DNA of 64,000 nt, from NCBI GenBank assembly GCA_965652295.1, contig CBFGTS010000001.1, forward strand, positions 288,001-352,000, in the 5' to 3' direction. Shown here piece after piece: positions 1-18,889 of this stretch. The translations under genes were made by a program, and so were the position numbers. Origin of the DNA: an uncultured Haloferula sp. (GTDB taxonomy: Bacteria; Verrucomicrobiota; Verrucomicrobiia; Verrucomicrobiales; Akkermansiaceae). Under the pieces are notes generated by a model. That model was not told the origin of the DNA, did not search any database, and saw only the letters and a program-made list of their open reading frames with translations. Numbering within the stretch: position 1 is the first letter of the stretch; each line of letters opens with the position of its first letter.

Positions 1-2
1 AC

Positions 3-1121
<1,119 letters not shown>

Positions 1122-1247
1122 GACCTCTTCATGGTATCAGGTTCGCCGCCCCGCGCGGCGCACCTGATCCCGGATCTTACGGGGCACCTTGGATCGTCGA
1201 TCCGGGGTGCCCCGGCATCGCCTCCATCCACCAGCATTTTTCCCAAC

Positions 1248-1323
1248 ACGGTAGTAGCTCAATTGGTAGAGCATCGGTCTCCAAAACCGAGGGTTGGGGG
1301 TTCAAGTCCCTCCTGCCGTGCCA
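1248..1323 (+). tRNA. trnW: tRNA-Trp (CCA)
   Basis: Acceptor ACGGTAG/CTGCCGT, D-arm AGCTCAATTGGTAGAGC, anticodon arm TCGGT-CTCCAAA-ACCGA, T-loop TTCAAGT, encoded 3' CCA; between tuf and secE. Confidence 0.97.
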
Positions 1324-1353
1324 TCCTTTTCCTGATTTCGACTTCGATTCGCC

Positions 1354-1581
1354 ATGTTTTCCAAGATCTCCAGATTCATCGGTGAAGTGAAGAACGAGCT
1401 CCGCAAAGCCAGCTGGCCTTGGGAGTCCGATCCGAAAATCAAAGGGTTCCGCAAATACAAGGAACTCGTGGATTCCACCGTGGTGGTGCTGATCGCCACC
1501 ATCCTCCTGGCCGGTTTCGTGTCCCTCTGGGACATCATCCATACCCAGGTGATCTTTTTCCTGACCTCGCTCGGCCGCTGA
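1354..1581 (+). CDS. secE: Preprotein translocase subunit SecE
   Basis: EVKNELRKASWP motif, one TM helix, position before nusG. Confidence 0.93.
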   Translation: MFSKISRFIGEVKNELRKASWPWESDPKIKGFRKYKELVDSTVVVLIATILLAGFVSLWDIIHTQVIFFLTSLGR

Positions 1582-1624
1582 CGGACTCCTTTCGTCTTCT
1601 CTGAGAACCTTTTTCCCACCCATC

Positions 1625-2194
1625 ATGCCCGTCATCCCGCCAGCCGAAAAGCAATGGTATGTCGTCCACGTTCTCTCCGGCCAGGAGCAGAAGGTGCGTG
1701 ACCGCATCCTGCGCCAGGCCGAGGCCGAAGAGCTCGGCGACTGCATCTACGAGGTCCTGGTCCCCATGGAAATGGTCTCCGAAGTCCGCAAGGGCAAGAA
1801 GACCGAGAGCAAGCGCAAGTTCTTCCCGGGCTACATCATCGTCAACATGAGCCTCCTCACGGAGGACAACCAGCTCGTCGAGAAGACCTGGTATTTCATC
1901 AAGGAGATGGAAGGCGTGATCGGTTTCGCCGGCACCAAGGACCGTCCGATCCCGATGCGTCAGCGCGAGGTCGACGCCGTGCTTTCCCAAATCAAGGAGC
2001 GCGAGGAAAGCGCCCGCCCCGCCATCACCTTCGAGGTGGGCGATACGGTGAAGGTTGCCGATGGCCCGTTCGAAAGCCAGAGCGGCGTGGTCGAGGAAAT
2101 CGACCTCGAAAAGGGCAAGCTCCGCGTCTCCGTCACCATCTTCGGCCGCGCGACGCCGGTCGAACTCGAGTTCTGGCAGGTCGAAAAGGCCTGA
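1625..2194 (+). CDS. nusG: Transcription factor NusG
   Basis: WYVVHVLSGQE, FFPGY, KOW domain with GPF and IFGRATPVEL. Confidence 0.98.
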   Translation: MPVIPPAEKQWYVVHVLSGQEQKVRDRILRQAEAEELGDCIYEVLVPMEMVSEVRKGKKTESKRKFFPGYIIVNMSLLTEDNQLVEKTWYFIKEMEGVIGFAGTKDRPIPMRQREVDAVLSQIKEREESARPAITFEVGDTVKVADGPFESQSGVVEEIDLEKGKLRVSVTIFGRATPVELEFWQVEKA

Positions 2195-2236
2195 GTCGCC
2201 ACCGTTTTCATACCAACCATCTAGCATCCCACCATC

Positions 2237-2665
2237 ATGGCCAAGGAAGTTACCCACATCATCAAGCTCCAGATCCCGGCTGGAGCCGCCAACCCGTCCC
2301 CGCCCGTGGGTCCCGCCCTCGGTCAGGCCGGCGTCAACATCATGGGCTTCTGCAAGGAGTTCAACGCCGCCACCCAGAGCCAGGCCGGAGACGTCCTGCC
2401 GGTGGTGATCACCGTCTTCAAGGACAAGAGCTTCACCTTCATCACCAAAAAGCCGCCGGCAGCGAACCTTCTCAAGAAGGCCGCCGGCATCGCTTCCGGA
2501 TCGGGTGAGCCGAACAAGAAGAAGATCGGCACCATCACCAAGGCCAAGCTCATGGAAGTGGTCGAGACCAAGATGCCCGACCTCAACACCAACGATCCCG
2601 AGCGGGCCGCGCGCATCCTCGCCGGCACCGCCCGCCAGATGGGCCTCGAGATCGAGGGAATGTAA
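2237..2665 (+). CDS. rplK: 50S ribosomal protein L11
   Basis: [25 protein letters not shown]. Confidence 0.99.
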   Translation: MAKEVTHIIKLQIPAGAANPSPPVGPALGQAGVNIMGFCKEFNAATQSQAGDVLPVVITVFKDKSFTFITKKPPAANLLKKAAGIASGSGEPNKKKIGTITKAKLMEVVETKMPDLNTNDPERAARILAGTARQMGLEIEGM

Positions 2666-2703
2666 GCCTTTCCGCCCCGGCTCCGGCCGGGGCACCAAAA
2701 ACC

Positions 2704-2744
2704 GCAGGAGGAGCCCGCGCAAAGGCGGGACCCGATCGCACTGC
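2704..2744 (+). promoter_or_regulatory. Candidate L1-binding autoregulatory RNA element before rplA
   Basis: GCAG/CTGC outer stem, GGAG internal loop, inner CCCGC/GCGGG hairpin; resembles L1-binding leaders. Confidence 0.5.
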
Positions 2745-2755
2745 TCCAACACGAC

Positions 2756-3457
2756 ATGTCCAAACACCGCAGCAAACGCTACCAGAAGGCCGCCGCCCTC
2801 GTTGAGGCCGGCAAGTCCTACGCGCTGGAAGACGCCGTCGGCACCGTGAAGAAATTCCCGGCACCGAAGTTCGATCCCACCGTGACCGTTTCCTTCCACC
2901 TCGGCGTGGATCCCCGCAAGTCCGACCAGATGGTCCGTGGCTCCGTTTCCCTGCCCCACGGCACGGGTAAGAACGTCCGCGTCGCCGTCTTCGCCGCCGG
3001 TGCCGCCGCCGAGGCCGCCAAGGCCGCCGGTGCCGAACACGTCGGCTACGAGGACCTCATCAAGCAGGTCCAGGGTGGATTCACCGACTTTGACGTCGCC
3101 ATCGCCACTCCGGAGGCCATGACCGAAGTCCGCAAGATCGCCCGGGTGCTGGGTCCCCGCGGCCTCATGCCGAACCCGAAGACCGGCACCGTGACCGATG
3201 ACACCGCCAAGGCCGTCAACGAAGTCAAGGCCGGCCGGATCGACTACAAGCTCGACAAGAACGGCAACGTCTCCGGCGCGATCGGCAAGACCTCCTTCGA
3301 GCAAAGCGCGCTGCTTGAGAATGCCCAGGCCTTCATCGACAGCGTCCTGCGCGCCAAGCCTCCCGGTGCCAAAGGCAACTACGTCCAGAGCGTGACCCTC
3401 GCCGCCGCCATGTGCCCCGGCGTGCCGGTCGAGTCCTCCGTTTACACCAAGAACTGA
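2756..3457 (+). CDS. rplA: 50S ribosomal protein L1
   Basis: LGVDPRKSDQMVRG, LPHGTGK, LGPRGLMPNPKTGTV. Confidence 0.99.
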   Translation: MSKHRSKRYQKAAALVEAGKSYALEDAVGTVKKFPAPKFDPTVTVSFHLGVDPRKSDQMVRGSVSLPHGTGKNVRVAVFAAGAAAEAAKAAGAEHVGYEDLIKQVQGGFTDFDVAIATPEAMTEVRKIARVLGPRGLMPNPKTGTVTDDTAKAVNEVKAGRIDYKLDKNGNVSGAIGKTSFEQSALLENAQAFIDSVLRAKPPGAKGNYVQSVTLAAAMCPGVPVESSVYTKN

Positions 3458-3468
3458 GCCCACCCGCC

Positions 3469-3981
3469 ATGAATCCTGACAAAAAGATCATCATTGACGA
3501 GCTGCTCGAGCGGGTGAACTCCTCGCCCTTCGTGCTGGTGGTGGAATACACCGGCATGACCGTCCCGCAGTTCTCCGAGCTCCGCAACCGCCTCGCCGCC
3601 ACCGGCGCCGAGTGCCACGTGGCCAAGAACACCTACATGAAGAAGGCGCTCGCCGAAGCGGGTCTTCCGGACACCGGCGACAGCCTTGTCGGCCAGACCG
3701 CCTTCATCACTGGCGAGTCCGACGTGGCCGCCGCCGCCAAGGTGCTCAAGACCTTCGAAAAGGAATTCCAGAAGCCGGCCATCAAGCTGGGCATCCTCGA
3801 CGGCGACCTGCTGGACGAGGCCCAGGTCAAGGCCATCGCCGAACTTCCTTCCCGCGAGGTCCTGCTTGCCACCCTGCTCGGCGTCATCAACGCCCCGGCG
3901 ACCAAGCTGGTCCGCACCCTCAACGAGCCCGGCGCATCGCTGGCTCGCGTCATTCAAGCAAAATTCAACCCCGAGGGCTGA
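3469..3981 (+). CDS. rplJ: 50S ribosomal protein L10
   Basis: VAKNT, LPSREVLLA motifs; operon position; start moved to ATG 3469. Confidence 0.96.
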   Translation: MNPDKKIIIDELLERVNSSPFVLVVEYTGMTVPQFSELRNRLAATGAECHVAKNTYMKKALAEAGLPDTGDSLVGQTAFITGESDVAAAAKVLKTFEKEFQKPAIKLGILDGDLLDEAQVKAIAELPSREVLLATLLGVINAPATKLVRTLNEPGASLARVIQAKFNPEG

Positions 3982-4119
3982 ATCTAGACAATCTGAACGG
4001 ACGGCGTCGCCTCTCCAGGCGGCGCCCGAACTCACAATGGTTCCTCGTCGGTCCCGGAGCTCCGGGACTCAAATATCGGGATGCTTCCCGGTGCGACGAT
4101 ACCGCAAAGGAGAAATACA

Positions 4120-4497
4120 ATGGCTGATATCGCTGCAATTGCTGAAGAACTGGGCAAGCTCACCGTCTTGGAAGCTGCCGAACTCGTGAAGAAACTGGAA
4201 GAAGAGTGGGGCGTTTCCGCCGCCGCTCCCGTCGCTGCCGCCGCGGCTCCCGCCGCCGGTCCTGCCGAAGCTGCTGAAGAGAAGACCGACTTCGACGTCG
4301 TTCTTACCGAAGCAGGCGGCAACAAGATCGCCGTCATTAAAGCGGTGCGCGAAGTGGTTTCGGGTCTCGGCCTCGCCGACGCCAAGAAGCTCGTCGAAAG
4401 CACTCCGGCCACCCTTCTCGAGGGTGCCCCGAAGGACGCTGCCGACGCTGCCAAGAAGAAACTCGAAGAAGCCGGCGCCAAGATCGAGCTCAAGTAA
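4120..4497 (+). CDS. rplL: 50S ribosomal protein L7/L12
   Basis: Ala-rich hinge, [29 protein letters not shown] upstream. Confidence 0.98.
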   Translation: MADIAAIAEELGKLTVLEAAELVKKLEEEWGVSAAAPVAAAAAPAAGPAEAAEEKTDFDVVLTEAGGNKIAVIKAVREVVSGLGLADAKKLVESTPATLLEGAPKDAADAAKKKLEEAGAKIELK

Positions 4498-4701
4498 GAC
4501 CCTCGGTTTTACGAAATCCGGAGTCGCCCCGTGCGGCTCCGGATTTCCCGGCTCCGGAACCGGCGCGAAACGTCCACCCATCCCATCCCAAGACCTTTCC
4601 CGCCGATCCCGGATTCCCGCTCCAAATCCTGATCCAAATCTTTCGCCCGGCCGAGCCTTCGGCCCGGGCTTAAACCGCACCCCGCAAACACTACAGACAT
4701 C

Positions 4702-8652
<3,951 letters not shown>

Positions 8653-8685
8653 TCCAGCACCACCCACTACGACCCATTTATTATC

Positions 8686-12843
<4,158 letters not shown>

Positions 12844-12859
12844 TCCTCAACATCCTTCC

Positions 12860-12895
12860 AAGCCGGCCCCGCCACCGCGGGGCCGGCTTTTTTGT
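12860..12895 (+). terminator. Intrinsic terminator after rpoC
   Basis: AAGCCGGCCCCGC-CACC-GCGGGGCCGGCTT followed by a T-run. Confidence 0.9.
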
Positions 12896-12957
12896 TCGAA
12901 CGCTGCCGACAAGCTCCGGGTTTGACTCTCTCAGGGCCGATGGGCAGAACATGGAGC

Positions 12958-13527
12958 ATGAAGGCGTGTGTATTTCTTGGGGTGGCGATGCTGGGACTGA
13001 CCGGGTGCAGGGAATCCAAGCAAGCGCCTGCAACCGATGAGCCCCCGCCGCGTCCGCGAGCTGACACCGGGAGCGGCGTCTCCATGAACGACCATGCTCC
13101 GGAAGCCGATGAAGCCGCGGCTTCGCCAAAAATGAAAGTCCGCCCGGAAAAGCCTGCCGGACCTCAGAGGGCGAAGCCGGTTGCGGGCAAACCCGATCAC
13201 GTGATCAGCCCTGGTTCCGGCAAGGAGGTCTTCGTCGGAGGACTACCTGCGGGAACGTTGATGCGGGACCCGGATTTCCCCGAGGATGAAAGCCTGTTCT
13301 TCGTGGTGCCGGAGGTGGAGGGCGAAGAAGGGAGGCCGCCGATCGCCCGGAAGGCTCCCGGAAAGCCCGGATTCGCCTTCAGCCCGTTCAACAACAAGCT
13401 CATCGATGTGACCGGCATTCCTCCCGGGATCTTGGTTCAGGACCCGACTTTTCCCGCCGAGGAGAAGAAGCTTTTCCGCATTCCTGTCGCGGCAGAGCTG
13501 ATCGTCGAGCGGCCCCCCGGGCAGTGA
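12958..13527 (+). CDS. Hypothetical lipoprotein with a duplicated ~47-aa motif
   Basis: Signal peptide with lipobox LTGC; two GKP...SP...G.P.G....DP.FP repeats. Confidence 0.75.
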   Translation: MKACVFLGVAMLGLTGCRESKQAPATDEPPPRPRADTGSGVSMNDHAPEADEAAASPKMKVRPEKPAGPQRAKPVAGKPDHVISPGSGKEVFVGGLPAGTLMRDPDFPEDESLFFVVPEVEGEEGRPPIARKAPGKPGFAFSPFNNKLIDVTGIPPGILVQDPTFPAEEKKLFRIPVAAELIVERPPGQ

Positions 13528-13707
13528 TGTGGCTCCGCCGTTCATTGCCGGGCACCTCATCCGGTTCCCGGCACGCTCGATCCCTGGCTTGAACTCCTTT
13601 TGGTGGGCTCCTCGTCCGGTGGGCGAAAGCTTGACATTTTTTGCGGAACGGATCGATTCCTCACTCTGTAAAAGAGGTGACTGCTACCTCGCCTCCCGCT
13701 CACTACC

Positions 13708-14196
13708 ATGAAATCAAATCACTTTGTCGCAGGGCTTCTTTTGTCGGCCGGTTTGGCCTTCGCCGAGGATCAGACGATCAACTATCCGGCGGACGAGCCA
13801 ATTTTTGCGATCACCTTCCCGGAGAAATGGAAGGTGGAGGCGGAGGAAAGCGTGTCCGCCTCCTCGCCTGACGAAGAGGTGAATATGGAACTCATCGCGC
13901 TGGAGGCGGAGGCGCTGGATGAGGCACTGAATCTGGCCAAGGAGTCTCTTGTGGAGGAACTTGAGGGTATCAAATGGAACGGCAAACCCGAGAAGGGCGA
14001 ACTGAACGGCATGGCGGCGTCGTTCCTCAATGCAAAGGTGAAGATCGAGGACATCGAGTTCGCCGTGAATTGCGCTGTTTTCGCGCCCGAGGGGGCGGAC
14101 ACCTTCTTCATGTTGTTCAACATGCTTCCCATGGAATCGCTCGAAAAACATGGCGAGGACGTGGCGAAGATCCTGAATTCCGTGGAAGCCAAGTAG
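13708..14196 (+). CDS. Hypothetical secreted acidic protein
   Basis: Signal peptide ending AFA; coding-like composition. Confidence 0.75.
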   Translation: MKSNHFVAGLLLSAGLAFAEDQTINYPADEPIFAITFPEKWKVEAEESVSASSPDEEVNMELIALEAEALDEALNLAKESLVEELEGIKWNGKPEKGELNGMAASFLNAKVKIEDIEFAVNCAVFAPEGADTFFMLFNMLPMESLEKHGEDVAKILNSVEAK

Positions 14197-14220
14197 CCGG
14201 GGAAAGCTGCGGGCGGCAAG

Positions 14221-14619
14221 ATGCCCCAAGAACCGTCATTGCGTGACCATGGCAGCGGGCGATCCGTGCTGCTTGCCTTGTCGGGCGGCACGTTCATCGC
14301 CCTGTGGCTGGTGCTGTCCCTCGTGTGGTTCGCGCTGTCGATGATGGGGGGCTTGATGGCGAATGATGCCGGTCACGCATCCGCTGATCGGCACGTGGCG
14401 CTGATCGGAGGCGTGTTGGCAGGCCAAGTGGGCACCACGCTGGCCGGAGTATTCGGCGGGATGGCCTTTTTCTATCGATCGCGGCGGCGGCGGATGGTGC
14501 TGCTTTTCCTCGTCCTTCTGGTGGCTGGCGTGCTCGCCCAGCTTCTTTCGTTCCAGGCGTTTTTCGCGGCTCCTTCGGGGGGAACCGCGGGCGCGTCTGC
14601 GGTCATTCGGCCATTCTGA
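14221..14619 (+). CDS. Hypothetical membrane protein (about 3 TM helices)
   Basis: Three hydrophobic stretches; 17-nt convergent overlap with the next gene. Confidence 0.6.
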   Translation: MPQEPSLRDHGSGRSVLLALSGGTFIALWLVLSLVWFALSMMGGLMANDAGHASADRHVALIGGVLAGQVGTTLAGVFGGMAFFYRSRRRRMVLLFLVLLVAGVLAQLLSFQAFFAAPSGGTAGASAVIRPF

Positions 14620-16018
14620 AGACGACGACCCGGCGGTCGAGCTGGCGCAGTCTTTCGGCCGCATTTTCAGGATAGCGGGCTTCGCTTTCACCGAAGCCGA
14701 CAGGGATCAGCCGTTCGGGGTCGACGCCCGAGCGGACGAGCTGGCGGGTGATCGCCTCGGCCCGCCGTTGGGAGAGGGCGAGGTTTTCCTCATAGCTGCC
14801 CTCGGCCGAGGCGTGGCCTTCGATCACAAAGTGTGCATCGGCGAGACCTCCGCCGCTCAGCGCACCCTCCAGCACTTCGAGCATGGCGAACGAATGGTCG
14901 TCGGCGAACTGCGTGGAACCCTGCATGAAGAGGATGTCATTGCTGGTGACCATCGATTCGCGGCTCACCGGATACGAGACCACCCAGGCGTCGTCACCGC
15001 GATAGGCCTCTGGAACCGTATTCTCGGTGAACACCGGAGCGTCCATCTCGCTCGCGGGTTGGACGTTCACCCGGTCGAGCGCTGCGGCGGCGAAGAGAAT
15101 GGCGGGAACCGCCGCGCGGGAGTCGAAGGTGGCGAAGCGCCGGCCCTCGTGGAAATAGCGGAGCTGACCTTCATCGTCGGCGGCACCCGGAAGCGGATCG
15201 CGCTCGGTGGTGCGGAAGAATTCGGGTGCAGCCGTGTCTTCCGGCGCGGATCCCTGGAGGCGGTTGCGAAGGAAATCGACCGCCTCCCGGCGGCGTTGCC
15301 GCTCCGTTTCGCTCACGGGCGCATCCTTCGCGGCACGGAGGGTGCGTTCCTCCCGGGCCATCTCCGCCGCAGAGATGCGGCTCTCCGCTCCCAGAACCTC
15401 TTCGATCACCTCGTGGGCGGCTTTAGGGTCATCAATGGACTGCTTGGTGCGATCGAGACGTTCTTCGATCTCCCGGCTGGCTTCCTGTACCGTGGTTTCG
15501 CTTTCCGGGGCGCCGTCATTTTCCGGCAACGGAGGCTCGGGACGGACGTCCGGCGCGTCTTCCACCGGCTCCGCATCCGACGACGCCATGGGGTCCGAAT
15601 CCTCGGTGGGGCGGGAATCCGGGGCGGCTTCGTCAGGATTGCTGTCGCGGACCCGTCGGGCGTCGCGGCCGGCGGTGCTGTCGCTGTCGCGCTGCCGTCG
15701 CGCGCCGGGGTTGGCTTCGTCCTCGCGATCTTCGACAGGCTGCGAATCGGGCGCGGCTTCATCGCTGCGGTCTTCCACCGGCTCGGAGTCCGGTGCGGCA
15801 TTGGGGTCGGTGTCGCGGACCTCGGTGGTTTCGCGGTTGGCGCGTTCGGTGGTGTCATCCACTTCGCGCGAGTTCCGGTTGGCGACGTCGCGTTGGTCCT
15901 CGACCGGCTGCGACTCGGGGTTGGCCGGATCTTGTGCCTGGATTCCTGTCATCGCGGCCGCGAGGGCCATGGCCGTGACCGCGACCGGCTTGAGTGGGGA
16001 AAGGCGTGGTTTTTTCAT
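14603..16018 (-). CDS. OmpA-family peptidoglycan-binding protein with acidic low-complexity N-terminus
   Basis: Signal peptide; C-terminal IEGHAS...NLALSQRRAEA...GFGE...DRRV OmpA_C motif. Confidence 0.88.
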   Translation of the reverse strand: MKKPRLSPLKPVAVTAMALAAAMTGIQAQDPANPESQPVEDQRDVANRNSREVDDTTERANRETTEVRDTDPNAAPDSEPVEDRSDEAAPDSQPVEDREDEANPGARRQRDSDSTAGRDARRVRDSNPDEAAPDSRPTEDSDPMASSDAEPVEDAPDVRPEPPLPENDGAPESETTVQEASREIEERLDRTKQSIDDPKAAHEVIEEVLGAESRISAAEMAREERTLRAAKDAPVSETERQRRREAVDFLRNRLQGSAPEDTAAPEFFRTTERDPLPGAADDEGQLRYFHEGRRFATFDSRAAVPAILFAAAALDRVNVQPASEMDAPVFTENTVPEAYRGDDAWVVSYPVSRESMVTSNDILFMQGSTQFADDHSFAMLEVLEGALSGGGLADAHFVIEGHASAEGSYEENLALSQRRAEAITRQLVRSGVDPERLIPVGFGESEARYPENAAERLRQLDRRVVVFRMAE

Positions 16019-16029
16019 GCTCCCGGTTC

Positions 16030-16045
16030 CGCTCGAAGCGTGCCG
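16030..16045 (-). promoter_or_regulatory. Sigma54-type -24/-12 promoter of the OmpA-family gene
   Basis: Minus strand CGGCAC-GCTTC-GAGCG (GG-N10-GC), GC lies 12 nt before the ATG. Confidence 0.55.
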
Positions 16046-16223
16046 GTGACGGAAGCTTCTGGTTATCAGGGAATGGAGCCCGGATCGTCACAGGCAGGCA
16101 TGCGGATTGACGGCCGGCGGATGCGATTTGCATCCGGATTCTCCGGGCCGGATGACGGTTACAGCACCGGTTGACACCGCCGCCCGCCTTGACGCCGAGG
16201 GGTGGGAAAAACAGAGTCGGGCC

Positions 16224-17924
16224 ATGTCCGATCCGCGCCGCCCGTTTTCCTCGCCGATGCTTGATGGCCCCGACCGCGCTCCCTCGCGCGGAATGCTCTA
16301 TGCCGTCGGTTTCGAGAAAGAGGACTTCTCGAAACCCCAGATCGGCATCGCCTCGACGTGGTCGCAGGTGACGCCGTGCAACATCCACATCGACCGCCTC
16401 GCCCGCGAGTCGGCGAAGGGTGCCGACGCCGCTGGAGGAAAATCGGTGATCTTCAACACGATCACCATTTCCGACGGCATCTCGATGGGCACCGAGGGGA
16501 TGAAATACTCGCTCGTCTCCCGCGAGGTGATCGCCGATTCGATCGAAACGGTGGTGGGCTGCGAGGGCATGGATGGCTTCGTGGCGATCGGCGGCTGCGA
16601 CAAGAACATGCCCGCCTGCCTGATCGCCATGGCACGCATGAACCGCCCGGCGGTGTTCGTGTACGGCGGCACGATCCTGCCCGGCTGCGCGACGATCAAG
16701 GGGGAGAAGAAAGACCTCGATATCGTGTCGATTTTCGAAGCCGTGGGCAAACACGCCGCGGGCGAGTATTCCGACGAAGAGCTGGAAACCGTCGAGTCCT
16801 GCGCGATCCCCGGCGAGGGTTCGTGCGGTGGGATGTACACGGCGAACACGATGGCTTCGGCGATTGAGGCGCTTGGCATGTCCCTTCCGAACAGCTCGGC
16901 GCAGGCGGCGATCTCCGAGGACAAGATGCGCGATTGCTTTGACGCGGGTGCGGCGGTGCTGCACCTCATGGACCGGGACATCAAGCCGCGCGACATCATG
17001 ACCCGCAAGGCGTTCGAGAACGCCATCACGGTGGTCATCGCGCTCGGTGGCTCGACCAATGCGGTCCTCCACCTGCTCGCCATGGCTCATGCGGCGGAAG
17101 TCGAACTGAGCATCGATGATTTCACCGAGATCGGAAAACGCGTGCCGGTGTTGGCGGACCTGAAGCCTTCCGGGAAATACTCCGTGGCGGACCTCGTGAA
17201 GATCGGCGGCACGGTGCCGCTCCTGCGAATCCTGCTGGAGGCCGGCCTGCTGCACGGCGACTGCCTCACCGTCACCGGCAAGACCCTGGCCGAGAACCTC
17301 GCGAATTCGCCGCTGCGTTATCCGGAGGGTCAGAGCATCATCCGGCCGCTCGACAATCCGATCAAAAAGGACAGCCACCTGCGTATTCTCTACGGCAACC
17401 TGGCCCCCGGCGGCGCGGTGGCGAAGATCACCGGCAAGGAGGGTGAATCCTTCACCGGCTCGGCCCGCGTGTTCGACTCCGAGGACGAAGGCATGAAGGC
17501 GATCCTGGCCGGTACGATCAAGGACGGCGACGTGATCGTCATCCGCCGGGAAGGTCCGAAGGGCGGCCCCGGCATGCGCGAGATGCTCGGGCCCACCAGT
17601 GCGATCATGGGTCGCGGCCTCGGGAAAACGGTGGCTCTCATCACCGACGGACGCTTCTCCGGTGGCAGCCACGGTTTCGTGGTCGGCCACATTACTCCGG
17701 AAGCCCACGATGGCGGCCCGATCGGGCTGCTGGTCGATGGAGATGTGATCACGATCGATGCCGTGAACAACTCGATCTCGGTCGATCTCGACGACGATGC
17801 CCTGCAAGCGCGCCGCGACAACTGGCAGCAGCCCGCGCCCCGCTACACGCGCGGCGTGCTGGCGAAGTTCGCCAAGCTGACCACCAGCGCCAGTGAAGGG
17901 GCGGTGACCGACAAGAACCTGTGA
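16224..17924 (+). CDS. ilvD: Dihydroxy-acid dehydratase
   Basis: [37 protein letters not shown]; start moved to ATG 16224. Confidence 0.98.
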   Translation: MSDPRRPFSSPMLDGPDRAPSRGMLYAVGFEKEDFSKPQIGIASTWSQVTPCNIHIDRLARESAKGADAAGGKSVIFNTITISDGISMGTEGMKYSLVSREVIADSIETVVGCEGMDGFVAIGGCDKNMPACLIAMARMNRPAVFVYGGTILPGCATIKGEKKDLDIVSIFEAVGKHAAGEYSDEELETVESCAIPGEGSCGGMYTANTMASAIEALGMSLPNSSAQAAISEDKMRDCFDAGAAVLHLMDRDIKPRDIMTRKAFENAITVVIALGGSTNAVLHLLAMAHAAEVELSIDDFTEIGKRVPVLADLKPSGKYSVADLVKIGGTVPLLRILLEAGLLHGDCLTVTGKTLAENLANSPLRYPEGQSIIRPLDNPIKKDSHLRILYGNLAPGGAVAKITGKEGESFTGSARVFDSEDEGMKAILAGTIKDGDVIVIRREGPKGGPGMREMLGPTSAIMGRGLGKTVALITDGRFSGGSHGFVVGHITPEAHDGGPIGLLVDGDVITIDAVNNSISVDLDDDALQARRDNWQQPAPRYTRGVLAKFAKLTTSASEGAVTDKNL

Positions 17925-18883
17925 GCCAGGAGATCGAAATCCGGCTGGAGTACGAAACCGCTCCGTTCCTTCAATCGCTGTTCGGCAACGAGGCGGGAAA
18001 CCTGCGTTACCTCGAAGAGAAAGTCGGCGTCCGCACGGTGACCCGCGATGGGTGGATCCTCATCGTGGGGCCGAAGGACGGAGTCGAGGCAGCCCAACGA
18101 GCTTTTGCCGACCTTGAGGAAGCGAAGCGCGGCGGGGCGGAGATTCACACGCGGGATTTCCAGCTCGCCGTGGACATCGCGGCCCGCGGTGAGGAAAACG
18201 GCGTGAGCGAGCTTTCCGGTGTGCGGCTGCTGGGTTTCCGCGGCCGCCGCCCGGTGGTGCCGAAGACACCGACGCAACTCGAATACCTCAAGACGATCGA
18301 GTCGTCCGATGTCTGTTTCGGCCTCGGTCCGGCGGGCACGGGAAAGACCTACCTCGCGATGGCCATGGCGCTGGCGATGCTCAAGCAGAAGCAGGTCCAG
18401 CGGATCGTTCTTACGAGACCTGCCGTAGAAGCCGGTGAGGCACTGGGTTTCCTGCCCGGGGACATGCGGGAAAAGGTCGCGCCCTACCTGCGGCCACTCT
18501 ACGACGCCATCCACGACATGATCGGTTTCGAGCAGGGTGAGCGCTATTTCGAGGACGGTACCATCGAGATCGCACCGTTGGCGTTCATGCGTGGACGAAC
18601 CTTGGCGAAGTCGTTCGTGATTCTCGACGAGGCGCAGAACACGACGCGCGAACAGATGTTCATGGCGCTGACACGGATCGGTGAGGATTCGCGGATGGTG
18701 GTCACGGGTGATGCTTCGCAAGTGGACTTGAAGCCCAACGTCGCTTCCGGCCTTGCCGAGGCGGAGCGGGCGCTGGAAGGGGTCGATGGCATCGGCTTCG
18801 TGCGTTTCACAGGCGAGGATGTGGTCCGCCACCCGGTGGTGGGGCGCATTATCGCCGCCTATCGCAAGGCGCGCGGCAGCTGA
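17921..18883 (+). CDS. phoH: PhoH-family ATPase
   Basis: [41 protein letters not shown] overlap with ilvD. Confidence 0.95.
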   Translation: MSQEIEIRLEYETAPFLQSLFGNEAGNLRYLEEKVGVRTVTRDGWILIVGPKDGVEAAQRAFADLEEAKRGGAEIHTRDFQLAVDIAARGEENGVSELSGVRLLGFRGRRPVVPKTPTQLEYLKTIESSDVCFGLGPAGTGKTYLAMAMALAMLKQKQVQRIVLTRPAVEAGEALGFLPGDMREKVAPYLRPLYDAIHDMIGFEQGERYFEDGTIEIAPLAFMRGRTLAKSFVILDEAQNTTREQMFMALTRIGEDSRMVVTGDASQVDLKPNVASGLAEAERALEGVDGIGFVRFTGEDVVRHPVVGRIIAAYRKARGS

Positions 18884-18889
18884 GCACGC

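Noticed and set aside
1135..1214. Two hairpins between tuf and tRNA-Trp as a separate ncRNA
   Set aside because: No recognisable motif; likely ordinary processing or stability stems
4498..4701. Hairpins between rplL and rpoB as a novel RNA
   Set aside because: Attenuator or stability structure is ordinary at this position, and there is no specific evidence
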